From assembly GCA_947589325.1 (NCBI GenBank), contig CANQAM010000002.1, forward strand, positions 39,415 to 103,414: 64,000 bases of DNA, given 5' to 3'. This stretch comes from an uncultured Bacteroidales bacterium. Its GTDB lineage: Bacteria; Bacteroidota; Bacteroidia; Bacteroidales; UBA11471. Every line of letters starts with the position of its first letter. Within the stretch, counting starts at the first letter, position 1. The notes beneath the pieces are model-generated. The model did not search any database and was not told where the DNA came from. It saw only the letters and a program-made list of their open reading frames with translations. Positions 29,117 through 38,562 of the stretch are shown piece after piece. The position numbers were made by a program, and so were the translations under genes.

Positions 29117-29217
29117 TACAAAAAATGTATATACACAAATTGTGTACACAAAAAATGTATATACAAAAAAGTGTTACACATTTTATGTACAAAAATCGTT
29201 ATACAAAAAATGTGTAA
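29117..29217. promoter_or_regulatory. Iterated operator-like repeats in the spacer between the Phd-like gene and the ATPase gene
   Basis: Five direct copies of ACAAAAA(A)-TGT/GTG/TCG-TRTA-type units, at 29117, 29147, 29163, 29189 and 29203. Two of them contain the perfect 10-bp palindrome TGTATATACA (29126-35 and 29156-65, 30 bp apart). On the minus strand a TATATTTG (-7-type) box lies about 25 nt before the ATPase ATG. Confidence 0.6.
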
Positions 29218-29218
29218 C

Positions 29219-29500
29219 CTACTCGGTATCTTCCCATGATTTGCGCAATTCTTCGAGAGGAGTAAAACGGGCGTTTCCTTGACGTACCGCCTCTATGCGG
29301 CGCGACAGCTCCGCGATGTTTCGCGGGTCGTCGAACCACGCATCGCCGCTCGGACTCGGGTTGTCGTCGATAGCATCTTTGACCACCAACTCGATAAGTT
29401 TACGTCCACGTTTTACGAAGATGCGGGTGGTCTCTGCCATATCGAAATACTTTTTTTGATTGGCGCGCAATTCTGTCGGACTGATTGTAATGGCATTCAT
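29219..29500 (-). CDS. Small Phd/YefM-like antitoxin-fold protein with no adjacent recognisable toxin
   Basis: The ORF track extends to 29704; ATG 29500 gives 93 aa. MNAITISPTELRANQKKYFDMAETTRIFVKRGRKLIELVV... resembles the Phd/YefM N-terminal fold. The assignment is by eye only. Confidence 0.55.
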   Translation of the reverse strand: MNAITISPTELRANQKKYFDMAETTRIFVKRGRKLIELVVKDAIDDNPSPSGDAWFDDPRNIAELSRRIEAVRQGNARFTPLEELRKSWEDTE

Positions 29501-29600
29501 AAGGGTCGGTATGTACGTTTTTATGTACAAATATAACGCATTTTCGGCAGATTGCCAAATCGCGGGCGGATTTTTTTTGCAATACGCGGGGCGAGGGCAA

Positions 29601-29636
29601 TAAAAAACGCGCTCCCTCGTGCGAGGGAGCGCGTTG
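29601..29636 (-). terminator. Intrinsic terminator of fbaA
   Basis: Minus-strand hairpin AACGCGCTCCCTCG-CAC-GAGGGAGCGCGTT followed by a T run (plus-strand A run 29602-29607). Confidence 0.85.
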
Positions 29637-29657
29637 CCTATTTTCAGAACCGGCGTG

Positions 29658-30665
29658 TTATTGGGCGCAGGCGCATTTTCCGGCGCTGCCCAACACATCG
29701 ACAATTTTGTGAATGTAGAGTTTCTTCATGTTGTCGCGAGCCGGACCCAGGTATTTGCGGGGGTCGAACTCGGCGGGTTTCAGCGCCATCGTTTCGCGTA
29801 TGGCGGCCGTCATGGCAAGGCGGCTGTCGGAGTCGATATTGATTTTGCAGACGGCCGAAGCGGCGGCTTTGCGCAGCTGCTCTTCGGGAATGCCGATAGC
29901 GTCTTTGAGCGCACCGCCGTATTTGTTGATGGTATCGACCTCTTCCTGAGGCACCGACGACGAGCCGTGCAGCACGATGGGAAATCCGGGCAGCTCTTTT
30001 TCGACGCCTTCGAGCACGTCGAAGCGCAGGGGCGGCGGCACGAGGCGGCCGTTGGCATCGCGCGTGCACTGAGCCGGCGTGAACTTGTTGGCGCCGTGCG
30101 ACGTGCCGATGGAGATTGCCAGACTGTCGCAGCCCGTTTTCGTTACGAAGTCTACGACCTCTTCGGGACGGGTGTAGGTGTGGTGTTCGGCCGACACTTC
30201 ATCTTCGACACCGGCCAGCACGCCCAGCTCGCCTTCGACGGTAACGTCGAACTGATGAGCGTATTCGACCACTTTCTTGGTGAGAGCCACATTCTCGTCG
30301 TAGGGCAGGTGCGACCCGTCGATCATCACCGACGAGAAGCCCATGTCGATGCACGACTTGCACAGCTCGAACGAGTCGCCGTGGTCGAGGTGCAGCACGA
30401 TTTCGGGTTTCGGGCAGCCCAACTCTTTGGCATATTCCACAGCGCCTTCGGCCATGTAGCGCAGCAGCGTCTGGTTGGCATACTGGCGTGCGCCTTTCGA
30501 TACTTGCAGAATCACGGGCGACTTGGTTTCGACCGTCGCCTGTATGATTGCCTGCAACTGTTCCATGTTGTTGAAATTGAATGCCGGTACGGCATAGCCT
30601 CCTTTGATTGCTTTGGCAAACATCTCCCGGGTGTTCACCAAACCTAATTCTTTGTAACTAACCAT
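29658..30665 (-). CDS. fbaA: Class II fructose-1,6-bisphosphate aldolase
   Basis: The ORF track starts at 30803; ATG 30665 (MVSYKELGLVNTREMFAKAIKGGYAVPAFNFNN) is the family N-terminus. Also LHLDHG and GTSHG. Confidence 0.93.
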   Translation of the reverse strand: MVSYKELGLVNTREMFAKAIKGGYAVPAFNFNNMEQLQAIIQATVETKSPVILQVSKGARQYANQTLLRYMAEGAVEYAKELGCPKPEIVLHLDHGDSFELCKSCIDMGFSSVMIDGSHLPYDENVALTKKVVEYAHQFDVTVEGELGVLAGVEDEVSAEHHTYTRPEEVVDFVTKTGCDSLAISIGTSHGANKFTPAQCTRDANGRLVPPPLRFDVLEGVEKELPGFPIVLHGSSSVPQEEVDTINKYGGALKDAIGIPEEQLRKAAASAVCKINIDSDSRLAMTAAIRETMALKPAEFDPRKYLGPARDNMKKLYIHKIVDVLGSAGKCACAQ

Positions 30666-30917
30666 TTCTTTATTTGTTTTTCTAAAAAAATAAATCGCGA
30701 TTTCGTATCGTGCAAATATAAAAATTTTTATTCTTTTTTTGCCTGTCGGAAAGATTTTATTTCGTATGCGGCCGCCAAAATGCAAAAATGCGACGGCCGG
30801 CACGCATATTTCCGCCGCTATCGTTGTGGAAGTTCGTTTTTTATGTCTATTTTTGCGGTTCGTTTCCGAACGAAAAAACGTTGTTCAACCTTTAACCGTA
30901 AGAAATTTATTCGAGAA

Positions 30918-32816
30918 ATGAGAAAATGGCGCATTGAAGACTCGTCGGAACTCTACAACATCACCGGCTGGGGATTGAAATACTTTTCTATCAACGAGAA
31001 AGGTCATGCCACCGTAACGCCCAAAGAGGGCTACGCCTCCGTCGATTTGAAAGAATTGATGGACGAATTGCAGGTGCGCGACGTCTCGGCCCCCGTGTTG
31101 GTGCGCTTCCCCGACATACTCGACAACCGCATCGAAAAAATATCGAACTGCTTTCGTCAGGCTGCCGGACAGTACGGCTACACCGCCCAAAACTTCATCA
31201 TCTACCCCATAAAGGTGAACCAGATGAATCCGGTCGTCGAAGAAATCGTGAGCCACGGCAAGAAATTCAACATCGGACTCGAAGCCGGCTCCAAACCCGA
31301 ACTTCACGCCGTACTCGCCATCAACGTCGATTCCAATTCGCTGATTATCTGCAACGGCTACAAAGACGAAAATTACATCGAACTCGCCCTGCTCGCCCAG
31401 AAAATGGGGCGCCGCATCTTTCTCGTGGTCGAGAAACTCAACGAGTTGAGCCTTATCGCCTCCATATCGAAACGGCTGAAAATACGTCCCAACATCGGAA
31501 TCCGCATCAAACTGTCGAGCACCGGCAGCGGCAAGTGGGAGGAGTCGGGCGGCGACGTGAGCAAGTTCGGACTCAATTCGAGCGAGCTGCTCGAAGCCCT
31601 CGACATACTCGAAAAGAACAAAATGCAGGACTGCCTGAAACTCATACACTTCCACATCGGCAGCCAGATAACCAAAATACGCCGCATCAAAAACGCCCTG
31701 CGCGAAGCCTCGCAATTCTACGTGCAGCTGCGCAAAATGGGCTACGGCATCGACTTCGTGGATATAGGCGGCGGGTTGGGCGTCGATTACGACGGCACCC
31801 GCTCCTCGGCCAGCGAGAGCAGCATGAACTACTCCATACAGGAGTACGTGAACGACTCGATATGGACGCTCGTCGATGTATGCACCAAAAACAACCTGCC
31901 GCAGCCCAACATCATCACCGAGTCGGGCCGCTCGCTTACCGCCCACCACTCCGTGCTGATATTCGAGGTGCTCGAAACAACCACCCTCCCCGCGTGGGAC
32001 GACGATGCCGAAGTGTCGGACAACGACCACGAACTCGTGCGCGAACTCTACACGTCGTGGGACAACCTCAACCAACACGACCTCATAGAAACGTGGCACG
32101 ACGCCTTGCAGATACGCGACGAGGCGCTCGAACTCTTCGGGCTGGGGCTGCTCGACCTGCGCACCCGCGCCCAGATAGAACGCCTCTTCTGGTCGATAGC
32201 CCGCGAAGTGTACGAAATGGCGAACGAAATAAAACACGCCCCCGAAGAACTGCGGAAAATCGCCAAGATGCTCCCCGACAAATATTTCTGCAACTTCTCC
32301 CTGTTCCAGTCGCTCCCCGACTCGTGGGCGATAGATCAGATATTCCCCATCATGCCCATCAGCCGCCTCGACGAAAAGCCTACGCGCTCGGCAACCTTGC
32401 AGGACATCACGTGCGACTCCGACGGAAAAATCGACAACTTCATCTCCGCACGGAATTTCAACTACCACCTGCCCGTGCATACGTTCAACAGCAAGGAGCC
32501 GTATTACATCGGCGTCTTTCTCGTGGGCGCCTACCAAGAAATTCTGGGCGACCTGCACAACCTCTTCGGCGACACCAACGCCGTGCACGTGAGCGTGTAT
32601 AAGGACCGCTACGAAATCGATCAGGTCATCGACGGCGAAACCGTCGCCGAAGTGCTCGACTACGTGCAGTTCAATCCCAAGAAAATGGTGCGCAGCGTCG
32701 AGACGTGGGTAACCACTTCGATGAAAGCCGGCGTGATAACCCCCGAAGAGGGTCGCGAATTTCTCTCGAACTACCGCTCGGGACTCTACGGATATACCTA
32801 CCTCGAAAAAGATTGA
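30918..32816 (+). CDS. speA: Biosynthetic arginine decarboxylase
   Basis: The ORF track starts at 30780; ATG 30918 (MRKWRIEDSSELYNITGWGLKYFSIN) is preferred. PLP-Lys context YPIKVN; about 632 aa, which is speA-sized. Confidence 0.92.
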   Translation: MRKWRIEDSSELYNITGWGLKYFSINEKGHATVTPKEGYASVDLKELMDELQVRDVSAPVLVRFPDILDNRIEKISNCFRQAAGQYGYTAQNFIIYPIKVNQMNPVVEEIVSHGKKFNIGLEAGSKPELHAVLAINVDSNSLIICNGYKDENYIELALLAQKMGRRIFLVVEKLNELSLIASISKRLKIRPNIGIRIKLSSTGSGKWEESGGDVSKFGLNSSELLEALDILEKNKMQDCLKLIHFHIGSQITKIRRIKNALREASQFYVQLRKMGYGIDFVDIGGGLGVDYDGTRSSASESSMNYSIQEYVNDSIWTLVDVCTKNNLPQPNIITESGRSLTAHHSVLIFEVLETTTLPAWDDDAEVSDNDHELVRELYTSWDNLNQHDLIETWHDALQIRDEALELFGLGLLDLRTRAQIERLFWSIAREVYEMANEIKHAPEELRKIAKMLPDKYFCNFSLFQSLPDSWAIDQIFPIMPISRLDEKPTRSATLQDITCDSDGKIDNFISARNFNYHLPVHTFNSKEPYYIGVFLVGAYQEILGDLHNLFGDTNAVHVSVYKDRYEIDQVIDGETVAEVLDYVQFNPKKMVRSVETWVTTSMKAGVITPEEGREFLSNYRSGLYGYTYLEKD

Positions 32817-32824
32817 TACGGCAG

Positions 32825-33601
32825 ATGGCGGAGACGGACGACAGTCGATTTCGTTATTTCCTGTACCTCTCTTACGACGGCACGGCTTATCACGGGTGGC
32901 AGCGCCAGCCCAACGGCATCACCGTGCAGGAGTGTCTTGAAAACGCCCTTGCCCTGCTTGCCCGCCGACCGGTAGCCGCCACCGGCGCAGGACGCACCGA
33001 CACGGGCGTGCACGCCCGCGTGATGACGGCGCACATCGACCTGCCGGCTCTGCTCGACGACCCCGCCGAATGGACGATGCGCCTCAACCGCATACTCCCG
33101 CCCGACATCGCCGTGAACCGCATCGTGCCCGTGGCTCCCGACGCCCACAGCCGCTTCGACGCCCTGTCGCGCACCTACCGCTACTACCTTACCGACCGGA
33201 AAGACCCTTTTACAGGGCGCTACCGCTGGGCGATGAACACCGCCGCCCTCGACGTCGCCGCCATGAACGAAGCCGCCGCACAGCTCCTGCAATACACCGA
33301 CTTCAAGAGTTTCAGCCGCGTGCATACCGACGTGAAGACCTACAACTGCCGCCTCTCGCGGGCGCACTGGTTCGACGAAGGCGCCGACCTGATATTTGAA
33401 ATCACCGCCGACCGCTTCCTGCGCAACATGGTGCGCGCTGTCGTGGGCACGCTCGTCGAGGTGGGGCGGGGGAAACTCACCTTGCCCGACTTCCGGCGCA
33501 TCGTCGAAGCCAAAGACCGCTGCCGTGCCGGCAGCTCGGCGCCCGCCAACGGGCTGTTTCTCTACGACATCGTCTATCCCGATGCCGTGTTTATCGTATA
33601 A
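32825..33601 (+). CDS. truA: tRNA pseudouridine(38-40) synthase
   Basis: ATG 32825 (the ORF track has 32705). RYFLYLSYDGTAYHGWQRQPNG; catalytic-Asp motif GAGRTDTGVHA. Confidence 0.93.
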   Translation: MAETDDSRFRYFLYLSYDGTAYHGWQRQPNGITVQECLENALALLARRPVAATGAGRTDTGVHARVMTAHIDLPALLDDPAEWTMRLNRILPPDIAVNRIVPVAPDAHSRFDALSRTYRYYLTDRKDPFTGRYRWAMNTAALDVAAMNEAAAQLLQYTDFKSFSRVHTDVKTYNCRLSRAHWFDEGADLIFEITADRFLRNMVRAVVGTLVEVGRGKLTLPDFRRIVEAKDRCRAGSSAPANGLFLYDIVYPDAVFIV

Positions 33602-33612
33602 AAGATTTGCGT

Positions 33613-34512
33613 ATGTGGTTGATTTTCGCTTTCATATCGGCAGTATTGTTGGGAATGTACGAGGTGTTCAAAAAAATGGCGCTCGACAACAACGCCGTCA
33701 TACCCGTGCTCTTCCTCAACACGCTCTTTTGCAGCCTGCTTTTCCTGCCCGCCATACTGCTCTCCCGATTTTTTCCCGAGACAGTCGAAAATACCCTGTT
33801 CTACCTGCCGCGTGCCGACTTTGCCACACACCTCTATATCGTACTGAAAGCCGTCATCGTGCTGTCGTCGTGGGTGTTCGCCTACTTTGCCATGAAACAC
33901 CTGCCCATCACCATAGCCGGAACGATAAAGGCGTCGCAGCCCGTGCTCACCCTCTTGGGCGCGCTGCTCATCTTCGGCGAACGCCTCAATCTCTACCAGT
34001 GGATAGGCGTTATCGTGTCGATAGTCTCCTTTTTCATGCTCTCGTCGGCAGGTAAAAAAGAGGGCATACGCTTCGCCCACGACCGCTGGATATACTTCAT
34101 CGTGCTCGCCACCCTCACCGGCGCACTCAGCGCTCTCTACGACAAATACCTGCTGTCCAACGGATTCGACCGCATGGTCGTGCAAGTGTGGTATACGTAT
34201 TATCAGATGATTATCATGGCGGGCATTTTGCTCGTGTGGTATCGCGGGCGCAAAGACTCCACCCCTTTCCGGTGGCGTCCGAGCATCTTTTTCATTTCGC
34301 TCTTTCTCGTGGCTGCCGATTTCATCTATTTCTATGCCCTCAGCTTCCCCGATTCCATGATTTCCATCGTCTCGATGGCGCGGCGCAGCGGCGTAGTGGT
34401 GAGCTTCCTTTTCGGCGCCCTGTTCTTCCACGAAAAAAACATTCGCAGCAAAGCCGTCGATTTGCTGTTGGTGCTTATCGGTATGTATTTCCTCTATTTG
34501 GGTACACGATGA
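33613..34512 (+). CDS. EamA/DMT-family transporter
   Basis: About 10 predicted hydrophobic helices in two EamA-like halves. ATG 33613 lies two codons after the TTG used by the ORF track. Confidence 0.8.
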   Translation: MWLIFAFISAVLLGMYEVFKKMALDNNAVIPVLFLNTLFCSLLFLPAILLSRFFPETVENTLFYLPRADFATHLYIVLKAVIVLSSWVFAYFAMKHLPITIAGTIKASQPVLTLLGALLIFGERLNLYQWIGVIVSIVSFFMLSSAGKKEGIRFAHDRWIYFIVLATLTGALSALYDKYLLSNGFDRMVVQVWYTYYQMIIMAGILLVWYRGRKDSTPFRWRPSIFFISLFLVAADFIYFYALSFPDSMISIVSMARRSGVVVSFLFGALFFHEKNIRSKAVDLLLVLIGMYFLYLGTR

Positions 34513-34548
34513 AAAACGCAATGGATTATAAACTAAAAATATAAGGGT

Positions 34549-35175
34549 ATGAAAAAATGGATTTTTCCGATATTTTTATTTCTCTTTTCATTCGCTTCCG
34601 AAAGCGAAGCGCAAGAACGGACAACGCTCGAAACCTGTTTCATAACGATGCCCGACTCCTTGCTTCCCCAACTCGATGTCAATGCCCGCAAAGACTTGCT
34701 CGACCTGCATAAAGCCGGACACGCCGCCAGCGTCAAAGGGCGCATGGGGAACATCACGCTCGAATGGCTCGACGAAAAAACACTCCTCTTGTCGCTTTCG
34801 GAAAAATCGACCATGCAGGTAGCCCTGCTGCCGGCAAAACCGTCGCCCGTCGTCGCCGTCGTGCAAACCGTGAAAATGCCGGCAGCCGACAGCCGTATCG
34901 ACTTTTACAATACCCGTTGGGCTGCGTGCGATGCCGCTGCTCTCTTTACGCCGCCGCGCCCCGAAGACTTTTTTGCCGGCAGCCGGCAGGAAAAAGCCGA
35001 TGCCGCGCAATCGCTCCCGCTGCTGCCGGTAGAATACCGGATAAACGGCGATACGCTCTATGTAGAACACCATTTGCGGGATTTTCTTCCGGAAGATGCT
35101 TATAAACAAATAATTATGCGTCTGAACACCGCCCCGCTCGTCTATCGCTGGAACGGACGCCGTTTTTCGAAATAA
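34549..35175 (+). CDS. Hypothetical secreted protein
   Basis: Signal peptide MKKWIFPIFLFLFSFASESEA. No catalytic motif recognised. Confidence 0.6.
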   Translation: MKKWIFPIFLFLFSFASESEAQERTTLETCFITMPDSLLPQLDVNARKDLLDLHKAGHAASVKGRMGNITLEWLDEKTLLLSLSEKSTMQVALLPAKPSPVVAVVQTVKMPAADSRIDFYNTRWAACDAAALFTPPRPEDFFAGSRQEKADAAQSLPLLPVEYRINGDTLYVEHHLRDFLPEDAYKQIIMRLNTAPLVYRWNGRRFSK

Positions 35176-35374
35176 TCCGTAAATAAACGATATGAAAAGA
35201 TTTATTCCCATACTATGCCGTAAATTCAAAAAAAATTCCGATATTCGCACTCAGTTCGGAATACAAGGAAAAAAGCGATAAAAAATTTCTCCGATTTTAT
35301 TACCGACATAAAAGAAAAAGCTGTACATTTGCAGACTAAAATAAAAACGCTAATCAACATAAAATCAAAAAGCA

Positions 35375-35647
35375 ATGACAAAAGCAGACATCGTAAACGA
35401 GATTTCTAAGAATACAGGAATCGAAAAAGCTATCGTATTGGCTACCGTAGAAGAGTTCATGGAATCGGTAAAAGGCTCTTTGTCCAAAGGTAATAACGTA
35501 TATTTGAGAGGATTCGGCAGTTTCATCGTGAAGAAAAGAGCACAGAAAACCGCCCGCAACATCTCCAAAAATACGACCATTATCATTCCGGCTCACAACA
35601 TACCCGCGTTCAAACCCGCTAAAACATTCATGGGAGACGTGAAATAA
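35375..35647 (+). CDS. HU/IHF-family DNA-binding protein
   Basis: 90 aa. MTKADIVNEISKNTGIEKA...LRGFGSFIVKKRAQKTARNISKNTTIIIPAHNIPAFKP. Confidence 0.93.
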   Translation: MTKADIVNEISKNTGIEKAIVLATVEEFMESVKGSLSKGNNVYLRGFGSFIVKKRAQKTARNISKNTTIIIPAHNIPAFKPAKTFMGDVK

Positions 35648-35682
35648 GCGAAGCCGAATATTAACATTCTAAACCATATATT

Positions 35683-35772
35683 ATGCCCAGCGGAAAAAAA
35701 AGAAAAGGCCATAAAATGGCTACGCACAAGCGTAAAAAAAGACTGAGAAAAAACAGACATAAGAAGAAATAA
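35683..35772 (+). CDS. 29-aa extremely basic peptide (MPSGKKRKGHKMATHKRKKRLRKNRHKKK)
   Basis: ATG..TAA ORF, too short for the ORF track. It sits in a 237-bp gap between the HU and RNase G genes. More than half the residues are K/R/H, which resembles a small ribosome/RNA-associated protein. Confidence 0.45.
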   Translation: MPSGKKRKGHKMATHKRKKRLRKNRHKKK

Positions 35773-35884
35773 TCGATTCCGCGTTTCTTCTTAAACAAGC
35801 AAAGGACAGACTCCTGACGCGCTCAAGAGTTTGTCTTTTGTGTGTAAAACTCTATGCAAGTAACCTAAATAAACATTCAAAAAC

Positions 35885-37456
35885 GTGTCAAGCGAATTAG
35901 TAGTTGATGTACAACCCAAAGAGGTTTCTATCGCTTTGCTCCACGACAAGCGGTTGGTCGAGCTGCAAAAGGAGCCTTGCAACATATCGTTCGCACTGGG
36001 CGATATTTATTTGGGTCGCGTCAAAAAATTGATGCCGGGATTGAATGCCGCTTTTATAGATATAGGTTACGGTAAAGACGCATTTCTTCACTATCAGGAC
36101 TTGGGTCCGTTCTTCACGTCGAGTGAAAAATTTACCAGACAGTCGCTGTCCGACCGCAAACACGTGCTTTCCCTTCCAAAATTCAAAATGTTGAAAGAGC
36201 ACGACAAGGAGGGTTCGATAGGCGACTTGCTTACCGTCGGTCGCGAAATTTTGGTGCAGATTACCAAAGAATCCATTTCCACCAAAGGCCCGCGCCTTAC
36301 GGCAGAGCTCTCTTTCGCCGGTCGTTATCTGGTACTTATCCCCTTTGCCGACAAAGTATCGGTGTCGCAGAAGATAAAATCGAACGAGGAGAAAAACCGG
36401 CTGCGGCAGCTTATTCACAGCATCAAGCCGCAGAACTTCGGCGTCATCGTGCGCACGGTGGCAGAAGGCAAACGGGTTGCCGAACTCGACAACGAAATGA
36501 AAACGTTGGTGAAACGTTGGGAAGACAGCCTCGTCAAACTGCAAAAAGCCAAAGCCCCCTCGCTTCTCTACGAAGAAACGGGTCGGGCTGTCGGACTGTT
36601 ACGGGACATTTTCAATCCCTCTTTTGAAAACATTTACGTCAATGACGAAGAGACCTTTCACCAAATCAGCGATTATGTAAACATTATCGCCCCCGAGTGC
36701 AAAGGCATTGTCAAGCACTATACCGACGAGCTTCCCATTTTCGACCACTTCGCCATTACGAAGCAGGTCAAATCGTCTTTCGGGAAGACCGTTTCTTTCA
36801 AAAACGGCGCCTACCTCATCATCGAACACACGGAGGCGCTTCATGTCATCGACGTAAACAGCGGAAATCGCACCAAACCCGATGCCGACCAAGAGAATAC
36901 GGCATTTGAAGTGAACATGGCTGCTGCCGAAGAGATAGCCCGCCAGTTGCGGCTGCGCGATATCGGCGGCATCATCGTCATCGACTACATCGACATGAAC
37001 GAAGCCGACAATCGCCAGAAACTCTATGACCGCATGAAGGAGTTGATGGAGAGCGACCGCGCGCGGCACAACATTCTGCCGTTGAGCAAATTCGGGTTGA
37101 TGCAGATTACCCGCCACCGCGTGCGTCCCGCACTCGACATCATGACCGACGAGAGCTGCCCCGTCTGCAACGGAAAAGGCAAAATACCTCCGTCGATTCT
37201 TTTCACCGACAAGCTCGAAGAAAAAATCGCTTTTCTGGTGAGTAAATTCAAAGTGAAGAAATTTTCCTTACACGTACACCCCTATATAGCGGCGTACATC
37301 AATCGGGGAATTTTCTCTCTGAAATGGCGTTGGAAACGCAAATATACTCGTCGTTTCAGGTTGATTCCCAATGAGTCTCTCGCCCTGCTCGAATATAAGA
37401 TATACGACGGCGAAGGCAATGAAATAGACCTGAAAGAAGAGATTGAAATCAAATAA
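35885..37456 (+). CDS. rng: Ribonuclease E/G family (RNase G-like)
   Basis: GTG start. S1 domain GDIYLGRVKKLMPGLNAAFIDIG; catalytic-core motif HVIDVNSG; CPVCNGKG zinc link. Confidence 0.9.
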   Translation: MSSELVVDVQPKEVSIALLHDKRLVELQKEPCNISFALGDIYLGRVKKLMPGLNAAFIDIGYGKDAFLHYQDLGPFFTSSEKFTRQSLSDRKHVLSLPKFKMLKEHDKEGSIGDLLTVGREILVQITKESISTKGPRLTAELSFAGRYLVLIPFADKVSVSQKIKSNEEKNRLRQLIHSIKPQNFGVIVRTVAEGKRVAELDNEMKTLVKRWEDSLVKLQKAKAPSLLYEETGRAVGLLRDIFNPSFENIYVNDEETFHQISDYVNIIAPECKGIVKHYTDELPIFDHFAITKQVKSSFGKTVSFKNGAYLIIEHTEALHVIDVNSGNRTKPDADQENTAFEVNMAAAEEIARQLRLRDIGGIIVIDYIDMNEADNRQKLYDRMKELMESDRARHNILPLSKFGLMQITRHRVRPALDIMTDESCPVCNGKGKIPPSILFTDKLEEKIAFLVSKFKVKKFSLHVHPYIAAYINRGIFSLKWRWKRKYTRRFRLIPNESLALLEYKIYDGEGNEIDLKEEIEIK

Positions 37457-37481
37457 CCGCCTTTCTCTTCGCCCCTATACG

Positions 37482-37516
37482 AAAAATCCCGCTTGCGAGC
37501 GGGATTTTTCTTTTTC
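37482..37516. terminator. Bidirectional intrinsic terminator
   Basis: Stem AAAAATCCCGC/GCGGGATTTTT (37482-92 / 37499-509), then CTTTTT. Confidence 0.8.
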
Positions 37517-37526
37517 CATGAATGGG

Positions 37527-38396
37527 TCAGATGCGTTGCAGCACTTTTTCGATAAGACCCTCTATCGAACCTTTGTAGCCGACATTGGCTTCGCCCGCGC
37601 GCCGGTTGGCGATGATGCAGCACACCGTCATGGCATGATGCCCCATCAAGTGCGCCAGCCCTGCCAGAGCCGAGCTTTCCATTTCGTAATTCGTTACGAC
37701 TTTTCCTTCGTAGGAAAAGGCTTCGATGCGCCGGTTGAGGTCGGGAACAGCCAGCGGCAGGCGCAATTCCCGTCCCTGCGGTCCGTAAAAACCATTTGCC
37801 GAAATCGTTACGCCGAGCACCATTTCGCCCTGCCCGATGCGCTGTACCAGTTCGCGGTCGGCATCGACCACGTATGGCGCCGCCCATTGCGGGTGCCACC
37901 CCACGAAGTCGCAGAATGCCCGCTCGAAAGCCAAGTCGCTCACACGGTCGCGTCCCGCGTAAAAATTGAGTACCCCGTCGAATCCGATCGATTTTTCCGA
38001 AATCACATACGTACCTATCGGCACATGGGGTTGCAAACCTCCCGACGTGCCGATGCGCACTAAGGTCAATGACCGCAGCGACGACCGTTCCTCTCGTGTC
38101 GCGAAGTCGATATTCGCCAACGCATCGAGTTCGTTCAGCACGATGTCGATGTTGTCCGTACCGATGCCGTGCGATACCACCGTCAGCCGCTTTCCGTGAT
38201 ACGATCCTGTAATCGAGTGAAATTCGCGGTTGGACACTTCGCATTCCCGACTGTCGAAATGCGACGCCACCGTATCGACCCGTGCCGGGTCGCCCACAAG
38301 TATCACTTTGTCAGCCAGTTGTTCCGGTTGCAGATGCAGATGAAATACCGAGCCGTCGTCGTTAATCATCAATTCGGAAGCAGGAAAATGTTTCAT
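37527..38396 (-). CDS. Nucleoside phosphorylase (PNP/UDP family 1)
   Basis: 289 aa. VILVGDPARV...SHGIGTDNIDIVLNEL...VRIGTSGG...YEMESSALAGLA. Confidence 0.85.
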   Translation of the reverse strand: MKHFPASELMINDDGSVFHLHLQPEQLADKVILVGDPARVDTVASHFDSRECEVSNREFHSITGSYHGKRLTVVSHGIGTDNIDIVLNELDALANIDFATREERSSLRSLTLVRIGTSGGLQPHVPIGTYVISEKSIGFDGVLNFYAGRDRVSDLAFERAFCDFVGWHPQWAAPYVVDADRELVQRIGQGEMVLGVTISANGFYGPQGRELRLPLAVPDLNRRIEAFSYEGKVVTNYEMESSALAGLAHLMGHHAMTVCCIIANRRAGEANVGYKGSIEGLIEKVLQRI

Positions 38397-38562
38397 GATA
38401 AAAATTCTTTTTGAACGGTTTGACCCCTAAATATACTCTTTTTTCGTGAAAACGGGCAGCTTTGCCGTAAAAAAGTTTTGGACGGAATCAACAGACTTGT
38501 GCGACATGAAAGAAAATGTTTGAAGAATCTGTTTTTGGAATGGCGCTTGTCTCGGAACGATT

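Noticed and set aside
30885-32588. A 567-aa minus-strand ORF, and a 355-aa alternative-frame ORF (31535-32602).
   Set aside because: Both are antisense to or out of frame with speA and have shadow-ORF composition. Other antisense or out-of-frame ORFs were rejected for the same reason: 16434-17606 and 16988-17413 (purB); 18150-19208, 19009-20082 and 19668-20390 (alaS); 20367-21419 (M23); 24308-25261 (GT2); 25972-26961 (T9SS protein); 28114-29217 (ATPase); 29619-30647 (fbaA); 33574-34521 (EamA); 41950-43083 (ComM); 44496-45446 (metK); and 58521-59588 and 60416-61519 (phage late genes).
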